NCBI GenBank assembly: GCA_010093815.1
Contig: ML996570.1
Origin: Pseudovirgaria hyperparasitica
Lineage: Eukaryota
DNA length: 64,000 nucleotides
Strand: one strand, 5' to 3'
Position numbers and translations under genes: made by a program. Within the stretch, counting starts at the first letter, position 1. The number at the start of each line of letters is the position of its first letter. Positions 23,880 through 36,931 of this stretch are shown piece by piece. The notes under the pieces were generated by a model, which was not told the origin of the DNA, did no database searches, and was given only the letters and a program-made list of their open reading frames with translations.

Positions 23880-25582
23880 CTAATGGTCTTTGCAAAATAT
23901 CTCAAATTGTACTGTTTCCACTTGCAAACTCTCCATATCTAGCAAGACAAGTTGCCCAGTCTCTCTGAATTTAGGAACCGCGATCAGTGTCACTTGCTGG
24001 CCTAATGGCCCTTCGATGACAGTGGTCTCGAGACGTGGCTGGTTGCCAACGAAATATACATGCGGACATTCGGTAATCAGTAGCGGGTCATCATCTTGAA
24101 ATGGGTAGCACCCTACGTCAAAATTAGCGTGGCGGAGTTGCGTCTGGCTTTTGAGAACTCACACAAGGTATCAGGAGCAGTAGGAGCATTGCACCTCCAC
24201 CTCAGGAGGTTTTCCATCATCTCCAGCCTGTCATCACCAGGGACATATTTGAAGAGATCGTCTATCGGCTGGCCGCCTGTACCTAGAAAACGATAACCGT
24301 CTATATCACCTTCCCAAGGGTTCGTGACACTATGGAGCCATCCAGGGGGCGCGTTGCTCTCGGCCGGTGGGGAGGCATACGCTCGACTTTGTGGGAACAG
24401 AGCGGCATGGAGTGGTTGTTGAGGTATTGCTACATTCGCGGGGTCCGTGGCTCCTGGGATGAGAGTCACTGGAAGAGACGGTAAGAGTGCTGCGAGGAAA
24501 TCATCTAGGAACTCCGTGGGTGAAGCATTGTATCGTGAGGCATCATAACCATATTTCTTCACGCCTTTCTTCGACGCGACGTCTTCTCTAGATGGGATGG
24601 GCGAAGCGTTGGCGATTGAATTCCCGGCTATGATAAGCCTTGATATGCTCGCTGCTTGGGTCCGTTCCGATTCGTTAATTGACTCCCCAAGTAGATATTC
24701 CAGGAGAAGATCAGGCAACAAAGGATCATTTGCATCTCCACTCATGGAAAGCCCACTGACGATGGCGACTTTACCAGCTTTGGGGCGTTGCTGCTTCACT
24801 TTCTTGCCAGCGACTGCTAGAGCCGCGTCATCACCCTCCCACCTGTCTGGCTGTCTTGGGAGATCTGCGTACTTCGTTTCGATCACTTCGAATAAACCAT
24901 CTGCATTCTCGCTCCCTAACGCTGCTATGATAGTTCCAGTAACCAAGTTGGATGAGAGGAGCTCTCCTGTCATGCGTAGACGTCCCGATTCGTCTTCCAG
25001 CATCCTTTCCTCTCCGCCGATCTGGGATATGTACTTTTCCCGGGGTGGTGGTGCAGCTATCCAGTGCTAAGGAATCGTAAGATGAGAAATAAGTCGCCGC
25101 TTCTTTTATTCGCGTACCTCTTTCGATATATCGTCCAATACATTTGGCTTCAATGTCATCTCCATGAACACAGTGCCGACCACCCAGCAGAGCTCTCCTT
25201 GCCGTACATCCAGGACTCTTTCCACTCTCCTAGGAGTTTCGTCACCTAACTTGCCACGAGTGAGTCCTTGCTGTATGCGGAAGCTTAAGTTTCTTCGGCT
25301 TTACCTTGAAGTCTGCCCACTCTTCGGCGGCGATTTTTTCAACATCCCTTTTCAGTTGTGCTAATCGCACAAAGTACATGTCCGCATACTGTTGTTGGTA
25401 ATGTCTGTCCTCGCCTTTCGGGAGTACGAATCTGTTTGACGGTCTATACGAGGAAGGGACACGATCAATCTGAGAGAAGACGGCGCCTCTAGCACTTGTT
25501 AGGGTATATGCGACTTCAGATACAGGAAGATATACTTGATAGGAGCTCGAAGCAGTGCTTCTGCGTTCTCAACCAGAGCCAT
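23880..25582 (-). CDS. POL31: DNA polymerase delta small subunit (5 exons)
   Basis: YQQQYADMYFVRL, LEDESGRL, ISRLIIAGNS, PGATDPANVAIPQQPLH, GTGGQPIDD, APTAPDTL|WCYPF..CPHVYFVGNQ. Confidence 0.95.
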
Positions 25583-25637
25583 AGTGTAAGAGAATGGATG
25601 CGCGGCTACTCAAGATGGCGGAATATGTATGGACTCG

Positions 25638-25651
25638 GCGCGCGACGCGTC
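25638..25651. promoter_or_regulatory. MCB-like cell-cycle element (GCGCGCGACGCGTC) upstream of POL31
   Basis: ACGCGT at 25645-25650 plus adjacent CGCG, ~60 bp upstream of the ATG of a DNA replication gene. Confidence 0.55.
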
Positions 25652-25789
25652 GGAGCCTGAATTGGGCAGAACCACTTTAGAGGTAAAGCCTCTCCACCGC
25701 TAGCCTCGTGGGGTATCTCTCAGCCTTACTGGACTCTCAGGGCTGTTCATGTGATTCGTTTTTATTGCTCATACATACTATAATTACAT

Positions 25790-26839
25790 CTAAAGCTTGC
25801 TTGACCTCTCGCTGATATAAGTCTGCCCTAGTTTCAACATCTGAACAGCCTCCTCTACCATTTCCTCTAGGATCTGACCCGCAGGCTGTATCTCTTTGAT
25901 ATATCCTGCAACTTGACCCATCAAGAACGGCATATCAACATCCTTCTCATCCTCCATATCCTGCATCATAGGAACAATTCCTTGCTCGGTGAGAGACTTG
26001 ATCTTTTCGGGCTGGGCTTCCCATGAGTCAACCCAGTCATTCCGACGTACCCTCAAAGGCCTGCCACTGACAGTGAGCGTCCGCAAGGTGTCTTCAAATG
26101 AGGCAGTAGTAACGGCTTCTTTGTGGAGCTTCGAACAGCCAGCCTCCTCCGAAGCGACGAAACGTGTGCCGACCCAGACGCCCACAGCGCCTTGCATCAG
26201 GCTACTTGCAAGTGTCCTACCGTTCGATATACCACCGGCGGCAACGACTAAGGCAGGCTTGCCGGTCATCGACGAGGTATAGTTTTTCGCCACGTCCACC
26301 ACGGCAGGTATGAGGATTGAGTTTGCAATGTCACCTGTGTGCCCACCTCCCTCTCCGCCTTGTGCACAAACGATATCGACGCCTGCCTTTAGTGCCTTGT
26401 GTGCATGTTTCGGATGACCAACCATGTTCATGATCAATATACCGGCTTCATGGAGCCTCTCAATTACATGCTTCGGAGGGACACCAACAGCGCTCACGAA
26501 TAGCTTTGCTTTCTCCTTGATGATAACGTCGACAAGCTGATCCAATTGTCCATGCGTGTAGTCGTGGTTGGTTTTCCGCGCACTGCCACCGACTTGCGGA
26601 AGAGCAAGGTCGACACCAAAGGGTAGATCTTTTGATTTCAAGTTTGATTTGAGTTCATCAATGATTTCTTGCAGTTGCTGTGGCGTGTATCCAAGACCGC
26701 CGATGACACCTAGACCCCCGGCGTTGGAAACAGCTGCAGCGAGGGGTCCACCAGAGGTACGAGCCATGCCAGCCAGAATGATTGGGTACTTGATGTTAAG
26801 TAGCTGGGAAAGCTCGGTATTGAGAGCCGGAGGCGCCAT
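25790..26839 (-). CDS. Nitronate monooxygenase / 2-nitropropane dioxygenase family flavoprotein with C-terminal PTS1 (SKL)
   Basis: PIILAGM, LAAAVSNAGGLGVIG, QGGEGGGHTG, VAAGGISNGR, GVWVGTRF; ends in SSKL*. Confidence 0.93.
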   Translation of the reverse strand: MAPPALNTELSQLLNIKYPIILAGMARTSGGPLAAAVSNAGGLGVIGGLGYTPQQLQEIIDELKSNLKSKDLPFGVDLALPQVGGSARKTNHDYTHGQLDQLVDVIIKEKAKLFVSAVGVPPKHVIERLHEAGILIMNMVGHPKHAHKALKAGVDIVCAQGGEGGGHTGDIANSILIPAVVDVAKNYTSSMTGKPALVVAAGGISNGRTLASSLMQGAVGVWVGTRFVASEEAGCSKLHKEAVTTASFEDTLRTLTVSGRPLRVRRNDWVDSWEAQPEKIKSLTEQGIVPMMQDMEDEKDVDMPFLMGQVAGYIKEIQPAGQILEEMVEEAVQMLKLGQTYISERSSKL

Positions 26840-27341
26840 TGCGGACTGGTGATTAAAACAAGCTGGATGCGATATGGTAATTATCAGATTAGACGGACGA
26901 TTGAGGAGAGCAAAGTTGACGACAGTTGATCTACAGCCACGGCCGCTGCATGTTTTTATGAATAAAATGATAGCCTGTTAACTTTACCCCAGATGTTCTC
27001 CACTCCGTCTGCGCATAAGTAGGTGACGTCCGAGGTTCTCTGATGTACTGGGGTCGAGAGCGGAAAGCTCCTCGGCTGACAGGGCGCCAAACGCTTCTAG
27101 CAATTTAGATCGTTTACACGTGACCATTAGCATCGCCATATCAAGTTACCCTTGCGAAAACATTTATTATCCGTCTGCCTAAGACCTGGTATCTAGAGCA
27201 TGGTCATATGTATCGATTTTCAATGGTAACCAGAACAAGATCCCCGGAAGCTATTATCAGCTGTGAGACATATAGGTAGTGGCAGAGTAGCTAGACAAAT
27301 TGACTTGTACTCGTCTAAAAGACTTATTTTCCACAGAGCAC

Positions 27342-28948
27342 CTATTGCTTCACGCCATTAACCTGTTTCATTGGTTTCCCCAAGTGTCCATTTACCTTGC
27401 CGTTTCGAACAGCTTGCGATTGCATTTGAGGTGGAGGAGGTGGTGGCGGCCCATACGTCTTAGGTCTGGGCTCCACAGGCCCTTCTTCCTCGGTCTCATC
27501 ATCGTAGTCCTCACTGCCATACTCCTCGTCATCATCACCATCTTCATACTCACTTTCAGTACCTACGTCCTCGTCAATCTCTGCAATGCTCGCCTGGCCA
27601 CGTCCTTGAGCCTGCATGCTGCGGCAAAGCTTCTCGAGTTGATCATGTCGTTTCTGAAGCCTTTGCATATCCTCTTGTCGATGGGTCCTGTCTTCTGCCA
27701 TATCGAGGATACTGCGGCTAGCAGCCTCTTGCTTCCGTGTGAGGACCATGTTCTCTTTTTCCAGGCGCTTCGTCTTCTTCGACATTTCCTCCATTTCCTT
27801 TCGAAAGGTTAGGAATAGGTCATTTGAGTTGTTCAGGGTCTCTTCAACCTATAATGCATCAGCTTCGCATTGCTTGGCGTAGAGTTTTGAGGGACTGACC
27901 TGTTTAAATTTTTCAACATAGATGTTGAGTTGATTACGTAACTCAGACTCTGTCTGCGAGAAAGTCGATACTTGCCTTGTGAGCTGATTGGACTTGTTTG
28001 ATTCCATTTCTTGATCTTTCCGTTGTCGCTCAAACTTGGCTCTCAAGAACTCAACCTCCAAGTCTTTAGTACGAAGTAAAGATGCGAATTGGATCTCGCG
28101 CATCTCATACTGATCGATAAATGATCTGAACTTTTGCCGAAAACTACACGGCACGTTAGACTCAGAGGCCAGTGATATAGTCATGTCGGACCGTACATTT
28201 CGTCAAGTTTCAGATCAGAAGCTGGCGGTTCTGGAGCTAATTTGGCTTTGACAACGTCGTCGACATCGCGAACCATGACCTCGAGTCGCTCATGAAGGTC
28301 CTCTCGGTAGGATGTCTCGCGAGACTTGATATGGTCGAGTTCCTCCTGAATATCAACAGTTAGCGGTACTTCATACCATTTGGTCTTGGACGCTTCACCT
28401 TTAGCTTCTTGTTATCCTTCTGAAAATCTCTGGCTATCTTTTCTAACTTGTCTCTTGCAATAGTCGCCTTGTTCAGTTCTGTCCGTTGAGTGTCTTTGTC
28501 TTTCTGCAACTGATCTGACTTCTTTTTGGCCTTCACATTCTCGCGTTCCAACCTTTTCATATCGTGTAAAAGTTCTTGCCACCTTTTGTTAACAGTGTCT
28601 AGCTTCAACATCGGCGTTTCGAGCTTAGATAGGAGGTGTGATAGGTCCCGGGTGGCTTTTTTAACTTCTCGTTCTGTAGATGTATGTAAGCATTGCAAAC
28701 AGGCCTGACCAGTTATCTATCGATTTACCAATCTCTGCCTCTTGCTCCTTGTCACCAGCGGCATCTTGCTCTAATTGTGCAAGTCTAGCTACGACCTGCC
28801 GTTCGGCATCATTTGGATCGACAGGCTTCTTGCCTTTTGCCTTCTTTGCTGGAATAGGCGCCGGTGCCCTCGGCTGCTGTGCGGTCGCCATCTCGGGATC
28901 GTGAGTGACTCGCTCGTTCGGAATTGAAGTAGTATGACTACCATCCAT
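27342..28948 (-). CDS. Taxilin-family coiled-coil protein (5 exons)
   Basis: KLEKIARDFQKDNKKLK, FRSFIDQYEMREIQF, ELRNQLNIYVEKFKQ|VEETLNNSNDLFLTFRKEMEEMSKKTKRLEKEN. Start (MDGSH) is uncertain. Confidence 0.88.
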
Positions 28949-29723
28949 GGGGAGACCAGTCCAAGATCGAAGTCTGGGGTTGTTGAGACTGTTGACGCCG
29001 AACGAGGTAATGCGACGGTATGATGGGAAAGGTTCTTTAGTGCCACGGATACTGAAAGGTCCGTAGGTCGAAAGAGTGCCCAATTTCTCCGTATGATCTT
29101 GCACGGTATATACTAAGCTCGACAATGTATGGTTCGCATGCAGTCGTCGCTATGGCCACAGATGACCGAAATTGCCGATGTATCACGCGGGTTCATAAGC
29201 TTTGCAGTGTTCTCAAGTAGACTAGAGCCACTCGTGTTTGCTACGAATATAGACCTCTGTGGTGTAAAATTGCTGAACAGTAATGAATGTTGACGTGAGG
29301 ACCTCTAAGCTAATTCGTAGGAGTAGAAAGCTGGGTTGGTTAAACCACGGGCTCGTTACGGAAGTCGGGTTCCAGGTGCGAAGAAGGAAGAGGAGACTAG
29401 CGTCTAGAACGATGAGGCTGGATATATGAGACAGCTGCGAATACAATGCGATGACTAGAAGGTTGGATCGAGTAACAAAAAGTCTTGAACTCGAAGTAAA
29501 CGCTCCTCAGATAATATCGTGGTAGATTTGGTACATAGAGGCGAATGGCCTTGATGCAATGAATGTCATTTGCCTGTAACACTAGTTGCTAGGCCCAAAG
29601 AAGCTGATGCAGGACGCCCATCAACACCTTAGTCTTTTATATTACATTCCACACTCCACACTTCTACTCGCGCGCATCACCAAAATTTACGGGATCACTC
29701 GCAGCCGCGACGTCTGACAGGTC

Positions 29724-32700
29724 ATGCGTAGAGCTTCAACAGTGTCTAAATGGTCGTCGCGACTACATGACGCATCGCTCGGCCGACATAGTCTGAAGAA
29801 TCACAATCACAGAAGTTTTGCCTCCGTCGCGGATCTTGAAGCACTCCCTAGGGTGGGACAGCAGCTCCACGGCTTCACTTTGAAGCGCCTCAAACAAGTT
29901 CCCGAACTTGAAATCACTGCCTTGCATCTGCAACATGAGAAGACAGGCGCCGAATACCTCCACATTGCGCGAGACGATTCCAACAATGTCTTCTCGATCG
30001 GCTTCAAGACAAATCCGCCTGATGCAACCGGTGTGCCGCATATCCTAGAGCACACCACGCTATGTGGTAGTAAGAGGCATGCAACCTTGCGTAGCTTTTG
30101 GAAGAGAGACGCTGACTCTTGCCATACAGATATCCCGTTCGCGACCCCTTCTTTAAGATGTTGCGTCGATCACTGTCGAACTTCATGAACGCTTTCACCT
30201 CCTCCGACCATACGTCTTATCCTTTCGCTACGACAAATGCGCAAGACTTCAGAAACCTAATGTCTGTTTACATGGACGCCACACTACATCCTTTGCTAAA
30301 ATCCAGCGATTTCACTCAGGAAGGTTGGAGAATAGGTCCGGCGAATCCATTGGCAGACACGAATGAGACTGATACTGCAAGCAATGACTTAGTCTTTAAG
30401 GGTGTAGTCTACAATGAGATGAAGGGGCAGATGTCGGATGCGAGCTATCTATACTATATCAGATTTCAAGACCACATGTTTCCTGCCATCAACAACTCCG
30501 GTGGCGATCCTCAGCATATAACCAGCCTTACATGGGAGCAGCTAAAGCAGTTTCACGCCGATCACTACCACCCGAGTAACGCGAAGATCTTCACTTATGG
30601 AAATATGCCTCTAGTAGAGCATTTGAAAGAAATCAATGAGCGCTTGAGCCCATTTGATCGGATAGCTGTTGACAACGATGTCAAGTCACCCATCAGCCTA
30701 GAGGCTGGGCCACTGTACATCACTGTGAAAGGACCAACAGATCCATTAACACCTCCGGACATGCAGAACAAGACCTCCATCTCGTGGATTATGGGAGACT
30801 CGACGAACATAGTCGAGTCATTCTCACTAGGCGTTCTCTCGTCTCTACTCCTGGATGGTTACGGGTCACCTCTTTACCGCGGACTGATCGAGACTGGTCT
30901 TGGCACTGACTGGAGCCCGAATACCGGGTTTGATAATGCTGGTAAAACTGGGGTCTTCTCAGTTGGCCTCAACGGGGTCAAAGAAGACGACATAGCCAAG
31001 GTCAAAGAAGCAATATTCGCCACATTGGAAGATGTCCGAGAGAAAGGCTTCGATGAGATCAAAGTGAATGGTATTCTACATCAGTTGGAACTCGGCCTCA
31101 AGCACAAGACGGCGAACTTCGGGATGGGTGTTATGCAAAGGCTCAACACCGGGTGGTTCAATGGAGTCGACCCTCTTGCAAGTCTAGCATGGAACGATAC
31201 TGTTGCAGCTTTCAAGACAGAATATGCGAAAGGAGGGTATCTGGAAGGACTTGTCGACAAATACTTGTTGAACGACAGGACCCTGACATTCACGATGGAG
31301 CCTTCCGAAGTCTATGGAACCGAGCTGGCGCAAGAAGAACATGATAGATTGGCGTCAAAGATATTAGAGACAACGAAGAGCTTCAGCAGCGAGGAAGATG
31401 CTCACAGATATCTCAAGGAGCGCGAGATTGAACTTCTTGAAGTTCAAGAGAAAGCAAGAGGAGAAGACTTGAGCAGTCTTCCCACTGTTCATGTGAAAGA
31501 TATTCCAAGAGCGAAGGAGCAGAAGACTATAAGAGAGTCTACAGTGGACGGTATAAAAGTTCAATGGCGAGAAGCAGATACCAATGGCCTCACATACTTT
31601 CGCGGCGTTAACACTTTTGATGGACTATCGGACAGTCTACGAGAGTTGATGCCGCTGTTTAGCGACTCCATTATGAGACTGGGCACCAAGGATAAATCCA
31701 TGGAGCAGTTGGAAGAACTCATCAAGCTGAATACTGGCGGCATAAGTATTGCATATCATTCTGCGACGTCACCTAATGACACTCAGACCGTTCAAGAGGG
31801 TTTGGCGTTTTCTGGTTATGCGTTGGACCAGAACGTGCCCCACATCTACGACCTTCTCAGGAAGATCATCATAGAGACAGATTTCGATAGTGTCGAGGCC
31901 GAAAGAAAGATTCGACAGTTGCTTCAAGCGTCCGCCAGTGGAGCGATCAATTCTGTAGCGGAGGCAGGGCACAGCTATGCGAAGAGGTTCACAGAGGCTG
32001 GCTTGACTCCAGGCGGAAAGTTCGCTGAGCAGACAGGTGGTCTGACACAGGTCCAACTGACGGCCAGCCTAGCTTCGAGATTAGGATCCGAGTCCTTTGG
32101 CGATATCATTCGCAAGCTCAAGGCGATCCAGTCATTTGCAATCACTAACACAAGCTCCCTACGCGTCGCTCTTACGTGCGGAAAAGAGAGCTCGACCAAC
32201 AATGAAGCAGCATTGCAACACTTTCTCTCTTCGCTCCCACGCACAAGACAAAGTCTTGAGTCTACCCGCGCTCAACAGAGCTTTCCGCGCAACACCAAAT
32301 CGTTTTTCCCTCTTCCATACCAAGTATATTACTCGGCCCTCGCCGTGCCCACTGTCCCGTATGACCATGTATCAGGCGCTTCTCTTGCCGTCCTTTCGCA
32401 GCTCCTAACGCACAAACATTTGCACCATGAAATTCGGGAGAAAGGCGGAGCTTATGGAGGGGGAGCCTATGCTTCTGCTCTCAACGGCGTATTCGGATAT
32501 TACAGCTACCGAGATCCCAATCCTCAAAACACGGTGAAGATCATGGGTGAAGCAGGTGCATGGGCTCGTGATCAGGAGTGGACGGGTAGTGATCTGGAAG
32601 AGGCGAAGCTCAGCGTCTTCCAAAGCGTTGATGCACCGAGGAGCGTGAGCGATGAGGGCATGTCACAATTCTTGTCTGGTGTGGACCAAGACATGCAGCA

Positions 32701-32920
32701 ACGAAGGAGAGAACAGCTCTTGGACGTCAGTAAGCGAGACGTCCAGGAAGCGGCCGAAGAGTTCTTGGTGAAGAGAATGGGGCGTGAAAGCAACTTAACA
32801 GTGTTGGGAGAGAAGAAGCCGTGGGTCAAAGCCGGAGAAGGGTGGGAGGTCCGGGATCTGAAGATGGTAGAGAAGGTCGAGATGGCTGTCGAGCAGATGG
32901 AAACTTCGGCGTCTGCGTAG
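29724..32920 (+). CDS. CYM1: Mitochondrial presequence protease (pitrilysin family M16C); exons 29724-30076, 30130-32920
   Basis: R/S-rich presequence, [15 protein letters not shown] (HxxEH), [44 protein letters not shown]. Confidence 0.96.
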
Positions 32921-34487
32921 TTGTTCAGGCCTTGATCGACTTGTATATATGTAAAATTATGGCCTGTTGATGGACGCCGAAGGTATGTAACAACATGTCC
33001 CAGTATATTAAGGCCCGAGGGGGCTCTTTCATCGCTCAGCAGACTGGTCTTGGTGGGGGACTTGGACAGGGACAAGAGGATTCCATTGATGGCCACACTA
33101 GCGATTCGGCACGCCCAGGTTTGTTGATTTCACTTTTCATTCTACGGTGTCGTGGTGTTCTGCCAGAGCGACAGCGCGAGCTATGTACCTTGTGGTGCGA
33201 GCTGTGTTGTGTTGGCGCGAGCTCGATGGCGCGTAAAAGGTTAATTGTGCATCCCGTTCACCTGCCAAGCCGTCAACAGACGCTAGCGCGAATATCCCGG
33301 TACCTTTCCTATATCTTTCCTCGCTTCTACTCCTGCTTCTCCTCTTCTTCTTCTCTTTCCTCACCCGTGCATCGCGCTTCAGAACAGTATCTGCCAGGCG
33401 GTCCTTTCATGACCGCCTGAGCACCCAGCTACCTTCACCGGTCGCTGGAAATCCAATGCGCAAGATCAATTAGTCAACGCGTTTGCTTCTGAACCGCCTC
33501 GGGCAGCCGAGTCGCTGGTTCAGCAGCGTACGCGAAGGTCAAAACTCCGGGCCTCAGAACTGCTCGCTCACTAGTTGAAGGGCTGCAGACTAAAGTCAAG
33601 GGGACATTCAAAACTAATCTATTATGTTTCCATCTTTCCATCTTTTCATGTGCGTATGTGCATGCTAGCTCGCCTGTGTTGGACCAGTGAGTGTCGAACA
33701 ACGGTGTATATCTGTTAGGTGTTTCGCCGCTATGTCATTTTCATCTAAGTCACATTACTACTCAGGCGCTCGGGCTGGGCATTGTTTTTCGTCTCTATCA
33801 AGCTCGCCTCGATGCATCTGCGTGCGAAGCGTCAAACTCTCATCAGCTGCAGACGCGCAGACGTGCACTCAAGCGGACACACGATGTCCTTGCGAGACGT
33901 CAAATTTGTGAGTTACTGGCGCGTACGTCCCATTGGCTCGGCGAAGGGAGATAGACGATGAGGCACGGAAAAGACAAGGGAGACCCATGCATGTATGTGA
34001 TGAACGATGATGTGCATGAGGCTCGTCTTGGACCTAGCTCCTTTGTATCCGGCCGGAAAACCGAAACACACAGTCCTACACATGATACGAAGCCGTTCTG
34101 GTGAGGCTCCGTTTGTGAACGACAACAGCAAATGGCGCCACTCTCAATCTCGCGTAGCTGCTGCGCCTGTCCAAATACAACACTCCCTTGAACTCAAACT
34201 TCATATATGCATGTTCATGATATCCATATCTTTTTGTTCCCTGGCCGGGCACTGACGGCAATCAAGAAAATGAAATCCGTCCCGTTGCCGCCGATCGGGT
34301 ATTGAGTCTACAGCTCACTTATTCAGTCGCCGTCCATTCTTGTGATGGTCTCATAATGGGTCCCATAATGAAGAGCTTGGCCATGTTGAAGTGAACGATT
34401 AATGGGCGCCTTCCACTTCAAAATCTCGCACATTCCCTCTCCTCTACCAAGTCTAGGGTCTTCATCTTAGCTCTTCCAGCGCAACGG

Positions 34488-36931
34488 ATGTCTCATCGAC
34501 TCATGATGGTCAACGAACGGGTCAAGAGACTTGCGTGGTCATTCGTTTCTCCAACTGCCTTTTTGAGCTTACTTTCACTACTTGCTTACTTTTCATTTCG
34601 TCTTCGTTGTCTGATCAAAGTACAGCAGATAGCAGGTGGCAATCTGTCTGGTTCGTGGTTCTACTTGGCTCTTGAGGCCCTCACACTCAGTACGTATTGC
34701 TTCATGTGCCAGTTCGTGGCCTCTCCAGTTCACCTATGCTGATGACCATCTAGTTCCAAAAGGCCTGCCTTACGTCCTTCGAATCTTAGCTGTCCGACCG
34801 CCTGTGCGCTTCAAGAAACGACTGATTTCTGGTGAAGTAAGGGTCATCAAAGACTAAATTTTCCCAACTCAACCTGACTAATGCGTCTCAGGCTCCCACG
34901 GTCGACGTTCTCATCACGTGCTGCAACGAAGACATTGAGGTAATCATTAACACAGTTCGAGCGGCCTGCGTCTTGGACTATCCTCAAGACCGTTATCGTG
35001 TGTTTGTTTGCGACGATGGTTCTTCAAATGAGGTCAAGACAGCAGTCGAGAATCTGCCATATTCACACGTTTTCTACACAGCACGAGTCAAAGGACCTAT
35101 CAAGGACTACAAAGCTGGTAATTTGAATGCAAGTTTAGCTTACTCGCGAATGAAGCCGATGAGCAGCAGATGTTGCATGGACAAAGAACTGCCCTCACCA
35201 CCGCAGCTTGTCTCTACAGCAAGTTCTGTGCTCGAATTCCCGTTCGAGTCTTCCAGAGAGAGTCTCATGTTCGACTCAAAGGTAATCCCACTGGAGATCT
35301 TGAGCATATCCTCAGATCATTCAGAATACGTAGCCGGTCTGGACGCCGACATGATTCCAGAGCCTCACTGGCGTAAGCATTATATTATTTATCCGCCAAT
35401 ACCGTCCGATGATCTGACAGCAAGATACAGTTAAGGCCATGCTGCCTCATTTTATTGACGACAGAAATCTTGGTCTGGCTTGCCCGCCTCAGACGTTCTA
35501 CGATGTCCCTACTAATGATCCTCTTAATCAGACGATGCAGCATTTCGCTGGGATTATCGAGGTCATTAACGATGCACTGGGTCATGCTGATTGTTTGGGA
35601 TCTGGTTACGTGGTACGTCGTAGCGCTATAGAACAGATCGGTGGATTTCCAACCGAGTCATTGTCGGAAGACGTCTGTTGTTCTGCAACACTCTTGGGCG
35701 CTGGTTGGAAGACACTTTTCGTGCACGAGACCCTACAGGTATGTAAGATGTTCCTTATCTGCAAAAATTTCTGACATAGCGTAGTACGGCTCTGTCCCAG
35801 ACTCGTTCTTTGCTCACGTCAAACAACGCACCCGCTGGTTCATTGGCCATGCACAGACGGCTGTCCTTTTCAGATTACGATTTTTTGGTCATCGTGGCCG
35901 ATATCTTACTTTCATCCAAAGGCTTGTGGGCCTGTCTTTTGATCTTACCCATCTCGTCCAAATACCCATCATCTTGGCGTATTTCAGCATACCGTTCGCG
36001 TTACTTTCTGGTTACCCACTAGTCACCTACTCAGGCATCGAAGATCTCAGGAACTTGATCAGGTGAGACTAGACTCATCCATTGATTCCTCTTTCTAACA
36101 ACATACAACAGGTTTGCCTCAGTATGGATGATTTGTCACTGGATACATCAGGGGACAATCGGCATTGTTGCTGGGTTGGGCAATGGTTTCTACGATATGC
36201 GCCTACCTTCAACGCTCAACGAGTTAGACAGGTGGTTGGCACCATGTGAGTTCTCTTCATCCAGTTTTCAACTACAACTGCCTCTAATGAAAGCTCAAGA
36301 TATTGCAATCACCTTCTTTCGATCCTTCATACTCCCTAAGAGACTAGGGGGTAGGAAGGCTGGATTCACTGCCACTGGAAGTCTCAGGAACGACCTGCGA
36401 GAGGTAATTGATGTTCCCCATTGCTGGTGATAGTTCAAGCCTTATTGCTAACTTCCATAGCGCGATCAACACCACCGAGCGCCTCTCCACCGTCGACTGT
36501 GGGCCATTTTCATTCAGCAACATCTCATAATCCAGTTGATCTTCCTTCTCGCCACCGTAAGCGGAGTCGCACTGTGCTTCACCCGCGCCTTCACAGGTCT
36601 AGCACGTGTCTCCCACGCCAATCCACTACAATCTCTCCCAACGACCAGCACCGACCGTCTAATTTACCTAATCGTACGTGTCGGTTGGCCGCCACTCATA
36701 TGGCTCCAATACGTCAACTCAATCCTCTCTCCAGTCCTATACGTCTTCTTCCCCTCCACAAACCACGGCTGGGACCACAACCTTATCCGCGACGAAAAGA
36801 CAGGCGTCATGTACCCGACTCAAGAAGCTCGCAAGCCTCGCCGCAACAAGTGGATTCTATGGCGCTATATCAGGCCCACAGTATCAATGACATGGACCGT
36901 AGCGTTGCTCGTTATCAGCACTAGAATCTGA
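34488..36931 (+). CDS. Processive glycosyltransferase family 2, cellulose-synthase-like (8 exons)
   Basis: Two N-terminal TM segments; PTVDVLITCCNED, LDYP..VCDDG, KAGNLN, LDADMIP, SLSEDV, QRTRW (D,D,D,QxxRW); multiple C-terminal TM segments and a GFTATG loop; all introns GT-AG with branch sites. Confidence 0.9.

Noticed and set aside
32995..34261. Short ORFs upstream of the GT2 gene as possible accessory subunits (BcsB-like)
   Set aside because: No signal peptide, TM or domain features; most likely promoter or UTR sequence.
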